Virus record (IMG/VR): IMGVR_UViG_3300048598_000287
Location: 96,001-160,000 of that record
DNA length: 64,000 nucleotides
Strand: one strand, 5' to 3'
Source: a virus
Taxonomy: Duplodnaviria; Caudoviricetes
Below, piece after piece: positions 40,405-49,398 of this stretch; positions within the stretch are counted from its first letter, which is position 1, and every line of letters begins with the position of its first letter. The notes beneath the pieces are model-generated. The model was not told the origin of the DNA. It ran no database searches and saw only the letters and a program-made list of their open reading frames with translations. Position numbers and translations under genes: made by a program.

Positions 40405-40830
40405 TCATTTGACTGCCTGGCCAAGTCTATCGGTCATATCCCCTCCCCGACGCCGGTCAAATATTATCTGAGAATCATTAAACCCGTTCGTATATGTGTA
40501 TGATGATATTGCGACTGCGCATGCCGCTCCGTAAAACTGGTAGAATTCATCCGAGGAAGAAAATTTGCTCACCATCGTTTTGCCATAACGGTCAAAATAT
40601 GCCTGAAATTCATCTTTGGTTAGCGGTTGGCCATTGATTATTATTTTCTTTCCGGTATACATCAAAGTGCAGAAAATAGACATCAGCACAGACATGTCGC
40701 GGATGACTGATTGATTCACAGAAGGAAATGCCCTTGATAGGATAATGGTAAGCACATTTACCTTTTCCTTTCCAACCGCAGCCTCGCCTTCTGTATATAT
40801 GGAATTAAGCGCCTTATCATCTGTATGCAT
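40405..40830 (-). CDS. Hypothetical late protein
   Basis: Preceded by TATAAACTC (40853-40861). Confidence 0.6.
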   Translation of the reverse strand: MHTDDKALNSIYTEGEAAVGKEKVNVLTIILSRAFPSVNQSVIRDMSVLMSIFCTLMYTGKKIIINGQPLTKDEFQAYFDRYGKTMVSKFSSSDEFYQFYGAACAVAISSYTYTNGFNDSQIIFDRRRGGDMTDRLGQAVK

Positions 40831-40860
40831 ATTACTATCCAGTAGTTTAATAGAGTTTAT

Positions 40861-40911
40861 ATAAGATTTGCGGAAGAAACCATCTGAACTTTAGCCAGGA
40901 AATGGGAATCC
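40861..40911 (+). mobile_element. IS200/IS605-type left-end remnant
   Basis: TTTAT|ATAAGATTTGCGGAAGAAACC...CTTTAGCCAGG. Confidence 0.6.
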
Positions 40912-40912
40912 A

Positions 40913-42562
40913 TTAATTTGACGCTTCAACCATTGCGCCAAGCTTGTGCTGTTCCTGCATTGCCTCTGGTGACTTTATGTAATCTATCGCATCCACATAT
41001 TTAGCCCTCATGTCATCGGTAAGACGTAGCTGCTCCTGCTCGGTAAGTATTTCGATTTCCTCATAATTACCATAATAGAACGTAGACTGCAGATAATATA
41101 TAGCCCAGTATAGCGCGGTCACGTGGTCATCATGCATTCCTCCGCTACCTCCCCATACATTGCTAGTCTTCTGCGTGAACGACATTAGTTCCATTATCGT
41201 CAATTTATCTTTTACCTGGATATATCCTCTCTGGACATACATTTTGAGAAGAACGACGACCTTGCTCTTCATAGTAGGCGTGGCCCAAAGCCCGCGGCAC
41301 ATATTATCAAAATTGATTATATTAGGATATTGGGCGACGGTAAAGAAATAGTTATACGCGCAGCTTCCCGGACCGTTGTATTCTATTATGAGATATGGAA
41401 ACTGATAAAAGCGCAACATGATGTTAGCTATATGGCAAAAGTCATTTATGCTTACCGTGTTGGAAGACATGGTAAATACCTGTTCGCATTTAATATTGCT
41501 TTTCGCGAGAAGTATGTGCAAAACATGAGAATCCTTTCGTATTCCGAACCCGGTATCAATAGATGCGACATATGAATATCCCCGCGATTCGACATTTTTC
41601 TCCGGCCATTTGAAGACGCGCATTGATATGTCGTTCGTTATTGACTTTAGATTCTCCGGCCATATAGATCCGTCAAACTTAAGAGGTTCCATCGCCTTAA
41701 GCTTTTCCAGACATCGGTAATCGATGAGCGTGATGCTGGATCCTATGAATTCGCATTCATATTCCTGGCGGAATCTCTGATCTCCGACCTTTTCTCGTTC
41801 TGCTGCTGCCCATTCTTCAGTATGGCTAGGCACCTGATTCCATATCACCGTGGATTTAATGTATCGGTTCTTTGCGCCATCCTTTTCGGCAACCTCTTCA
41901 TCGATGGCCTTGCACCACATGTCATAAAAATGGTTCATTCCCTTTGGGGTGGACGTTATGATACAACGGGTCGTGTTTCCGGACGATATGGCGGGAAACA
42001 CCGATGCCATGAATTCCTCGGCGAGGCCAGACCGTAGAATGGCGAACTCGTCAAGATATAGAAGATTGATAGCGAATCCGCGGATGTTATCCGGAGAGGA
42101 TGAGGATACTATTATTCTGCTGTTGTTTGACAGTTGAATGGATGTTTTGTTCCATAGTTTAACTCCGGGTTGAAGCCACATAGGGAGCTTACTATATGAG
42201 TCACGGAGCTGCTGCATCTGTTCCTTGGCAAGGGAAAGTTTGTTTCCTATCATGGCGACAAGCTGATCCTTATGGAAAATAACCCACCATAGGATAAATC
42301 CGCGCACTACGGTGGATTTTCCTACCTGTCTTGACCATTTGTTTATGTTGAACCTATATTTCAAGAACCTACGTATCGCACGTTCTTGAAAATCATATAG
42401 GGCGAATAGCTGAGATCCATGGTCCAGCGTATTTATATACACATAATGCCGGATGAAATATATCGGGTCAAGGGCGCATTTCTTAAGCTCCTTTAGCTGA
42501 GTCATGGTGACTCTGACAGGTTCGTTCGCGTCCCGTAATCCTAATATTCCGTTAAATGCCAT
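40913..42562 (-). CDS. terL: Terminase large subunit (gp17-like)
   Basis: DPIYFI, SRQVGKST, LYLDEFA, TSTPKGMNHFY, FRQEYECEF, HDDHV. Confidence 0.95.
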   Translation of the reverse strand: MAFNGILGLRDANEPVRVTMTQLKELKKCALDPIYFIRHYVYINTLDHGSQLFALYDFQERAIRRFLKYRFNINKWSRQVGKSTVVRGFILWWVIFHKDQLVAMIGNKLSLAKEQMQQLRDSYSKLPMWLQPGVKLWNKTSIQLSNNSRIIVSSSSPDNIRGFAINLLYLDEFAILRSGLAEEFMASVFPAISSGNTTRCIITSTPKGMNHFYDMWCKAIDEEVAEKDGAKNRYIKSTVIWNQVPSHTEEWAAAEREKVGDQRFRQEYECEFIGSSITLIDYRCLEKLKAMEPLKFDGSIWPENLKSITNDISMRVFKWPEKNVESRGYSYVASIDTGFGIRKDSHVLHILLAKSNIKCEQVFTMSSNTVSINDFCHIANIMLRFYQFPYLIIEYNGPGSCAYNYFFTVAQYPNIINFDNMCRGLWATPTMKSKVVVLLKMYVQRGYIQVKDKLTIMELMSFTQKTSNVWGGSGGMHDDHVTALYWAIYYLQSTFYYGNYEEIEILTEQEQLRLTDDMRAKYVDAIDYIKSPEAMQEQHKLGAMVEASN

Positions 42563-42564
42563 TA

Positions 42565-44196
42565 CTATTTACCTAATATGTATTTGTTATATTCAGCTTG
42601 CGTCATGTTATGCGCAGCCAGAGTTCCGTTATGCAACTTATTAAGACGGCGTCTTTCATCCGCCTTCTGTTGCAGTGCGGATATTTCATTGTGTGAACAC
42701 TGGAATGCGTAATCAGCATCTTCCGGAGAAAGTTTTTCCTTCTCTCCTGTAGTCGGATCCTTATACCACCCTCTCACCAGCATCCCCTTGACCGAATCAT
42801 CTCCCGAATTATACCATTTAGTTATAGTATCCTTCCCGAAAGACTTTACAGATGCCTGTGCCGATTCGGATGATGCATCATTGGATTTGCCTGGATTTCC
42901 TACCGATTTTCCTGCGACCGCATTAGCTGACGATGCTGTTAATTCGTTACCATAATCCTGCTGCCCATGAGTAATATCGTCGCCTCCAACTGAACCCAAT
43001 TCGCCCAATCTTGACTGACCTCTGGTATTAGGATTCATCGCCCGTTCGGCATATATTTTCCTGTCTTCCGGAACCATCAGGAAAGCCGGGGCCGGCATAT
43101 ATTTCATATATTCACTGTTTGGATCAGATAGCATCTTTTTAAGAAGCGCCTTCCCGTTTTCATTCACTGGATTATAATTTAGATCAAGACCGGTGTTAGC
43201 CGAAAAATATTTTCCGAACAATTGTTTGTCTGTTATGGTTGAGTTTCTGTCAAATCCCATGCTTGCATAATATTTATCTTTATCGATAACTTTTCCTGAC
43301 TTATCCTCTCCTTCCATTCCTAGCTGCGTGGAACTTTTTGACGCAAGCGTGGATGCGTCACTGATTCTAAGCTTAGCGGCAAAATCAGGAAGGAAATAAG
43401 TAGTGTAATAATATGATTTAAATTCTTCAAGCATTTCTTGTTTGGCTTTTTCCGTGTTTATATAAAACAGATCGGAATGTTCATCCCAGTACGTTTCGAA
43501 CTTTTTCATGAACTCATCGTTAGCCTTCTTGTTTATTACCGTCTTTCCCTGAGAATCCATGCCAATTGAATAATTAAAATATTCCTTTGGGTGAGATTTG
43601 GCCAGCACAGGATCCGTTATGTTAAGCTCGGAATCAAACCCGTAATTATTCTGCAAAGACTCCTGGGAATCTCGGGAGCCAACTCCGGACGCCCCGAAAT
43701 TTATGGGAAACTGCGTTGCAATCGCGTCCAATTTATCAAGAAGCGTTCCGGACGTAGCATTCATTATTCCGATGGCTTTATCAGCCGATGAAGAGATACT
43801 GGCACTTCCAGGAAAATTTTTCGCCACTTTATTGCTTATTGCATTTTGCGCGGTCTCCATTGCTGCCTGTTCTTCGGCCGCCTTTCCATATTCTTCATGC
43901 ATTTTATAAATTCCCCTGGCCACATCAACTAATCCCCATGCGATAGACGCTATATATAACACGGCTCCAATTCCAGGCACTCCGATCACGGCGCTTTTCT
44001 TTCCTATGAAGCAGCCGAGAACCATCAGTCCGACGCCCATTCCCATATTAAGCACACCGTCTGCGCTTTCCAGTTCAGGTGACGAATATATTTCCTTATG
44101 CAGGCTAATTATCGTGCCAACTGAATCTGGATCAAGCCCGTAAATATCTTTAAGGGAATTTTCGAACAGTATGTATTTTTCATTGTTTGATAACAT
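42565..44196 (-). CDS. Late protein with shared N-terminal motif and Gly-rich TM hairpin (candidate ejected protein)
   Basis: FENSLKDIYGLDPDSVGTIISLHKEIY; GMGVGLMVLGCFIG..GVPGIGAVLYIASIAWG. Confidence 0.6.
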   Translation of the reverse strand: MLSNNEKYILFENSLKDIYGLDPDSVGTIISLHKEIYSSPELESADGVLNMGMGVGLMVLGCFIGKKSAVIGVPGIGAVLYIASIAWGLVDVARGIYKMHEEYGKAAEEQAAMETAQNAISNKVAKNFPGSASISSSADKAIGIMNATSGTLLDKLDAIATQFPINFGASGVGSRDSQESLQNNYGFDSELNITDPVLAKSHPKEYFNYSIGMDSQGKTVINKKANDEFMKKFETYWDEHSDLFYINTEKAKQEMLEEFKSYYYTTYFLPDFAAKLRISDASTLASKSSTQLGMEGEDKSGKVIDKDKYYASMGFDRNSTITDKQLFGKYFSANTGLDLNYNPVNENGKALLKKMLSDPNSEYMKYMPAPAFLMVPEDRKIYAERAMNPNTRGQSRLGELGSVGGDDITHGQQDYGNELTASSANAVAGKSVGNPGKSNDASSESAQASVKSFGKDTITKWYNSGDDSVKGMLVRGWYKDPTTGEKEKLSPEDADYAFQCSHNEISALQQKADERRRLNKLHNGTLAAHNMTQAEYNKYILGK

Positions 44197-45298
44197 TATT
44201 CACCCCTCCTTTAAGGCTTAGCACGTATTTCACGAATTCTGCTATGACGGTGGCGGAAACTCCAGTATTTTTTAACTTTCCATCAATTACGCCATATAAT
44301 ACATCCGCGGTTGATTTGACCTCTTCTGAAGCACCAGGAATCACGGAAGACAATGCAGCGGCGGCTTCCTGTGATAATCCTGACGATTTTCCTATTGTTC
44401 CCAGATGCAGCCATCTTGTTCCAACATATAGGCCTTGCCCGAATCCGCTGAATTCAGCATCGGGAGCATTTTTCATTTCTTCCGGAAGACTAACCGAGGT
44501 GTCATTCATTTTAAGAAGTTTGCTTCCGGCGCATTCTCCAACAAAAGAATTGAATTCCTTCACGCCGTTTTCATCATGGCACCACATGGCTGGGCAAAGC
44601 TTACCGGTCACATTATAATGCATGTATATGTTTTTTTCATCGATGGAATATTTATCCATAAGCCATCGTACCAGTTTCTTTGTGTTTTCTTTCACTGCAT
44701 CGGTGAAATTCCAGTCATGTTCTTCCGGCTGTGGATGATCCACCTTTTTGGTTTTAGAACTACACATTTCTATCGATATTGAATTTTTATTCATTATTTT
44801 TCCATACATCGCTGCAAATCCGGATGCTTTCGGATTAGCCATCGTTTGCTTCTCAGATCCCACGGCCATGGCTTCCATATTGGCGGGATCAGGATTATAT
44901 TGATAAATCTCACTGTCATCGACGATAAAATCAGCGGCAGTATGCTGAAGTTCTCCATTTTTATCATTAGGGCTTCCTTTTGCGAAAAATCCAGCGACAG
45001 ACAACGCTGCACCGCTTCCTGATGACTGACTTGCCGTGTAATGAAGAACTATATATGATATTTTCCTGTTTGGCGCCGAAATTATTCCACTTGCTGATTT
45101 GTCTGAATTTACCTTAACATTGAATTCATCCCCAGATGATGCCATTTTATTGTTTTCATTCTTATCGGATCCGGAAGCGGTTTTATTATCATCGTCTGAA
45201 GCCTCCATAAGAGATCGATAGATCGATACAATGGCAGATTTACGTATTCCATCTATTGATGGATTATTTTCAATCGATTCTACGAAGATGTCTTTCAT
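44180..45298 (-). CDS. N-acetylmuramoyl-L-alanine amidase (Amidase_2) with shared N-terminal motif
   Basis: YIVLHYTA, ADFIVDD, SISIEMC, HYNVTGKLCP. Confidence 0.85.
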   Translation of the reverse strand: MKDIFVESIENNPSIDGIRKSAIVSIYRSLMEASDDDNKTASGSDKNENNKMASSGDEFNVKVNSDKSASGIISAPNRKISYIVLHYTASQSSGSGAALSVAGFFAKGSPNDKNGELQHTAADFIVDDSEIYQYNPDPANMEAMAVGSEKQTMANPKASGFAAMYGKIMNKNSISIEMCSSKTKKVDHPQPEEHDWNFTDAVKENTKKLVRWLMDKYSIDEKNIYMHYNVTGKLCPAMWCHDENGVKEFNSFVGECAGSKLLKMNDTSVSLPEEMKNAPDAEFSGFGQGLYVGTRWLHLGTIGKSSGLSQEAAAALSSVIPGASEEVKSTADVLYGVIDGKLKNTGVSATVIAEFVKYVLSLKGGVNNVIKQ

Positions 45299-45325
45299 GT
45301 GTGCGTTTATAGATATTTCAATAAC

Positions 45326-45384
45326 TAGTTTATATAAGATTTGAGGGATGCTGAAGTTTTCTTCTGCGAATCTTATATAAACTA
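45326..45384. promoter_or_regulatory. Divergent late promoters (45326-45334 -, 45376-45384 +) with inward-facing IS left-end remnants
   Basis: TAGTTTAT|ATAAGATTTG ... AAGTTTTCTTCTGCGAATCTTA-TATAAACTA. Confidence 0.6.
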
Positions 45385-45415
45385 CTTATGTAAACATGCA
45401 TTATAGGAACGAAAT

Positions 45416-46126
45416 ATGGACATGTTCAATTTGCCTACAGAAAAAGAACTTCTTGGAGAGGTGAAAGCACATCTGGAATCCAAGAAGCCAGTGAAAACCC
45501 TAGACGCCAATGATGTATTCCCATTCTGGAACGCGTCATCCGTCACTAACAGCGTGGACGAGATGCGCAAGCCAGGAAGAATGACCGTCATGAAAAATGA
45601 TAAGGTGGGATCGATAGGCCCAGTAAAGCAATCGTCTCTGGAACGCATCAAAGGCCATAAGACTACGGTAAGTGAAGCCAAAAAAGAGCCGGAAGTCAAG
45701 ATGGAAGGAACGTCGGGAACCCCGAAGTTCAAACCGGTTGTGGTTAATACCGACACTATCTATACGATTAAGGGATCTCCAGTCGGATCGATTAAACCGA
45801 TAAAGGCAGGCGAGTCCATATCGGCTAATGAAATGAAGACAATCATACGAAGCATTAAGGAAAATCGCATGCCTGACCGTGTAGGTATAGTTAAGCCACA
45901 GAAATCGCCTACTCTAAAGATTGGCGGAAAAAATGATTTCGGCGTCGTTACGAGTTCAAAGCCATTGAAAAATCCGGATCCAAAGGCATATGCGAAATAT
46001 GTCACAAAGGACCTTAAAAACAAAACGGATGAAAAATTGGTTGAACTAGGTAAGCCGGAATATCTCAAAGCTCCTAGCAAGGCCTCTGCCGACAGTCTTG
46101 TCGGATCGATAAAGACAAAGAAGTGA
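45416..46126 (+). CDS. Lys-rich late protein with repeated VG(S/I)(I/V)KP units
   Basis: KVGSIGPVK, PVGSIKPIK, RVGIVKPQK, LVGSIKTKK. Confidence 0.65.
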   Translation: MDMFNLPTEKELLGEVKAHLESKKPVKTLDANDVFPFWNASSVTNSVDEMRKPGRMTVMKNDKVGSIGPVKQSSLERIKGHKTTVSEAKKEPEVKMEGTSGTPKFKPVVVNTDTIYTIKGSPVGSIKPIKAGESISANEMKTIIRSIKENRMPDRVGIVKPQKSPTLKIGGKNDFGVVTSSKPLKNPDPKAYAKYVTKDLKNKTDEKLVELGKPEYLKAPSKASADSLVGSIKTKK

Positions 46127-46130
46127 ACAT

Positions 46131-46856
46131 ATGGCAGAATCGTCTTCACAGGCGTTTCCCACAACCAGGGAACTTAACCGCAATCTATGCAGGAACCCGG
46201 TGCCGGTGCACCAGGGATTCATTCGTTGCCGGATCGGAGATCTTCCCGTATCATATGATCCGAATTATGATGGGAAACATCCTGTGGATGACGTTACCAA
46301 AGCTCACACTGCACCTGCGCCAGAGGTCATTAATGCCAACATACAGTCATTCACTTTTCCTGGACTGGGATTATCGTATGCCGGAGAATATCATTATAAG
46401 TTCAGAACATTAATTCCTACCACAGAAGATAATGAATATTTGTACGACACGATAAGTGTGACAATGCTTGCCGACGATTACTATGAAAATTACTGGGCGA
46501 TAAACCGATATATGGAAACCATACAGAGTGGACAGACGGACGCGTATCCAATTCTTGATCATAATCATAGGGTATATGGATATAACCATCGGTACAGAAA
46601 CCGCCTCATGTGGATACCTTATATCGAATTCCATTTGGGTGATGACAGGGCACAGCAACACATGATAATCAGATATTACCGGTGTTCTCCGACATCACTC
46701 AGTTCACTTACCATAACTCCGGGAAGTGTTTCACCGGTGACGTTCTCGTTATCATTTAAATATCAGATAAGAAAGATCATACGCCTGCCTGATCCGAATA
46801 GCATACTGTCCGCCATATGTGTCGTCACTGGCGGGGAAACAAGTAATTCATATTAG
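46131..46856 (+). CDS. Tail completion/tube terminator (gp3-like)
   Basis: NIQSFTFPGL, YDTISVTMLADDYYENY..I..YM. Confidence 0.65.
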   Translation: MAESSSQAFPTTRELNRNLCRNPVPVHQGFIRCRIGDLPVSYDPNYDGKHPVDDVTKAHTAPAPEVINANIQSFTFPGLGLSYAGEYHYKFRTLIPTTEDNEYLYDTISVTMLADDYYENYWAINRYMETIQSGQTDAYPILDHNHRVYGYNHRYRNRLMWIPYIEFHLGDDRAQQHMIIRYYRCSPTSLSSLTITPGSVSPVTFSLSFKYQIRKIIRLPDPNSILSAICVVTGGETSNSY

Positions 46857-46864
46857 GGGGACAT

Positions 46865-47863
46865 ATGGCAAACACCAGGACTCAGTTCGATAATATACAG
46901 ACAATTTCTCCTATAATGCATGATCCAGATAAACCATCTGATACATATATCGGAAGTTTTCTTAAATATGCGTCCGGATTTACGGCAAACAAGTTTCACA
47001 TAGGATTGCGTGGAGAATACGTAGAAAAGGCACTCACTATAATGCAGAGAAATGCATCCACTGATAAATATACATCTGCGCCGAATCTTTTTCATCAGAC
47101 CGCCCAATTAAAAAGAGAATTCGGCGAATGGGTGAAATTTCATTGGAATAACAATGACCGGATGTTAAATATGTACTGGAATTGTGAATCGGTCACCCTT
47201 CCGGTTCCAACGCTGGACATGCTGACTATGAATTGCATAGATTCCGTAAAGGGCATGACTTTCTCCGTCCCGGGAAAAATTCCTGCTGGAAAGCTTTCAT
47301 TAAAAATCGTTGATAATTCATATCTCATGTGGTTTAATTTTTTCAATGCCCTGTTTAACGCGCAAATTTCGCCACTTGTATTACGTGCAAAATCCGGATT
47401 TCATAAGATTGACATAAATGTAGAGCTATTAGGAGGAAACGCGGCATATAACGATGACAATTCAGTTAAAATAACTGATCTAGACGTCCTCCAGGTATCA
47501 GAATATAATTCCGCGGTGATCATTTCAGCTCCTATAATAAATCCGGATAATTCCAAAGCGGATTTAGCTGGTTTCACCGTTGACTTTAACGTGCCTAACC
47601 CTCTTAATGGAACATTCAAAAGAAGTGATAGAGGAATGATGGACAATACGACGGTGTCATCAACTATGTTAAAGGCTACAAAAACCGGTATGGACTATGA
47701 CCCTGGGTTCTGGGAACGCACCAGAAATAACATGACACAGAATGCATTGAGCTATGAATCATTAAATGCAACGGAAGAAAAGGCATTCAATGAACGTATA
47801 GCTAAAAATGGCAATGGATTTCCATTTAATTCAGCAGATTATGGAAATACATCATTTGATTAA
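46865..47863 (+). CDS. Baseplate-tail tube initiator (gp54-like)
   Basis: Tube-fold motif CESVTLP; position in tail module. Confidence 0.5.
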   Translation: MANTRTQFDNIQTISPIMHDPDKPSDTYIGSFLKYASGFTANKFHIGLRGEYVEKALTIMQRNASTDKYTSAPNLFHQTAQLKREFGEWVKFHWNNNDRMLNMYWNCESVTLPVPTLDMLTMNCIDSVKGMTFSVPGKIPAGKLSLKIVDNSYLMWFNFFNALFNAQISPLVLRAKSGFHKIDINVELLGGNAAYNDDNSVKITDLDVLQVSEYNSAVIISAPIINPDNSKADLAGFTVDFNVPNPLNGTFKRSDRGMMDNTTVSSTMLKATKTGMDYDPGFWERTRNNMTQNALSYESLNATEEKAFNERIAKNGNGFPFNSADYGNTSFD

Positions 47864-48904
47864 TGTATTTATTTTCTGCTGAAGATTAAGGGTCTTGAAT
47901 TTTCCATATAAAGGAAGTATCCTGGAATAGGCATCATACACCCGAAGATTATTTTTTGTCATGGGTATCTCGGACATAGGAATGTCAGAAATTGCCTTTA
48001 TTCTTTCTGAATATAATTTACGGACATCACATCCATGTTTGCTTATTCCCCAGTAGTCAGACTTCGGAGTCCTTACAAAGCCATCATCTAATTCGCTTAC
48101 ATAGTCAGGATATTCAGTGACCGGCACTGAATTCATGATGCATCGGTCAAACATTCCATTTCTATATCCGAGATAATAATCGACCCGGTTATCCATAAAA
48201 GTCACGTATTCCCGCCGTCTGTTTGTAAGAATATCATAACATTCATCTTTATCGGCTTGATGCACCGATATATTGTTATCGTTAAGTATTTTTTGGCAGA
48301 TTTCATTATAACTTATCGTAGGTCGATACCATTTTTCAACGCCGTCGAAATCTATTTTATTAAGATTGAATTCATAGAGATACCCGTTAAGTGTAAGCTC
48401 GCTGGTTGAAATACCGGACCATCTGGTATTGCTTGTGTTTCGCACAATGCTATCGACGAACCATTTAGGCATGCATTGCTTATACATAGAAATCAATCTT
48501 GTCGGAGAATTTCCTTTATTCTGCAGAATTTCCTGCACTTTGCCATCGTGGTATCCATCGGATGCCGCCTTCCATTCATCCATGTCATCAAAACTAATCT
48601 TGCTAAGCGGGAATTGTATCAGCCCATTCTTGCTAGTCTTAAACGTTATATCATCATATGGAATATACATGTATTCGCAATCAGGAACCTCTTCGAATTT
48701 TAATTCCGGCAGGATTGCCGTTAGTCGTTTCGCATCATCAAGAGAAACATAATCATTATATTTGTCAAGCGGTTCTCCAAGTTTTCCTGTACTGTAAAAC
48801 GATACGTCATTTTCAGGATTCATCGCTATATTATGTGCTTCTATAACGGCGTCTATCGTATATCCTACTACTATTCTCTTTATGTTATGCTCTTTTAATT
48901 CCAT
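47852..48904 (-). CDS. Degenerate UDP-galactopyranose mutase-like protein
   Basis: Colinear with Glf (FPLS, TRWSG, YRP..SYNEI...IL, VDYYLGY..G) but GxG FAD motif lost. Confidence 0.5.
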   Translation of the reverse strand: MELKEHNIKRIVVGYTIDAVIEAHNIAMNPENDVSFYSTGKLGEPLDKYNDYVSLDDAKRLTAILPELKFEEVPDCEYMYIPYDDITFKTSKNGLIQFPLSKISFDDMDEWKAASDGYHDGKVQEILQNKGNSPTRLISMYKQCMPKWFVDSIVRNTSNTRWSGISTSELTLNGYLYEFNLNKIDFDGVEKWYRPTISYNEICQKILNDNNISVHQADKDECYDILTNRRREYVTFMDNRVDYYLGYRNGMFDRCIMNSVPVTEYPDYVSELDDGFVRTPKSDYWGISKHGCDVRKLYSERIKAISDIPMSEIPMTKNNLRVYDAYSRILPLYGKFKTLNLQQKINTLIK

Positions 48905-48907
48905 GAT

Positions 48908-49360
48908 TCATTTCTCCTTTGACATCGACATAGCTCGGTCAAGACCAATATTTTCCTGTATATACGAAAGAATATGCTTATTAAGCCATTTTACATCAGG
49001 AAGTCCAGTGAATATGTCAAATATCTTTCCATCCGGATCGCAGAATATATGCATTGGCTTGAGGGTAAATCCAAGATCGGTGTACACTTTGCATTTTTCC
49101 GGTTCAGGTTCCACTATTATCTTTACCATGGCGTTAGCGTTATCTAGAAGGCCTTTTTTATAAAACCAGTCGTTAATATCGGAGAGCGACGATTTACAGC
49201 GTGGGCAATCGGAATTCCCGTCATAAAAAATAAACATCCACATCAGTGTTCGGCAGGATGAATAATCTTTATACACCTCGTTTCCAAAATCAAGAAGACG
49301 TTTCGCTAATGGCTTATACAGCCCGACATCTATCTTATCTCCACAGCATAATTTACTCAT
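48908..49360 (-). CDS. Thioredoxin-fold protein
   Basis: FIFY....CPRC, KPMHIFCDPDGKI...G. Confidence 0.7.
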   Translation of the reverse strand: MSKLCCGDKIDVGLYKPLAKRLLDFGNEVYKDYSSCRTLMWMFIFYDGNSDCPRCKSSLSDINDWFYKKGLLDNANAMVKIIVEPEPEKCKVYTDLGFTLKPMHIFCDPDGKIFDIFTGLPDVKWLNKHILSYIQENIGLDRAMSMSKEK

Positions 49361-49398
49361 ATTACCGCATACCGTTCACCAAGGTAAAGTATATTTTT

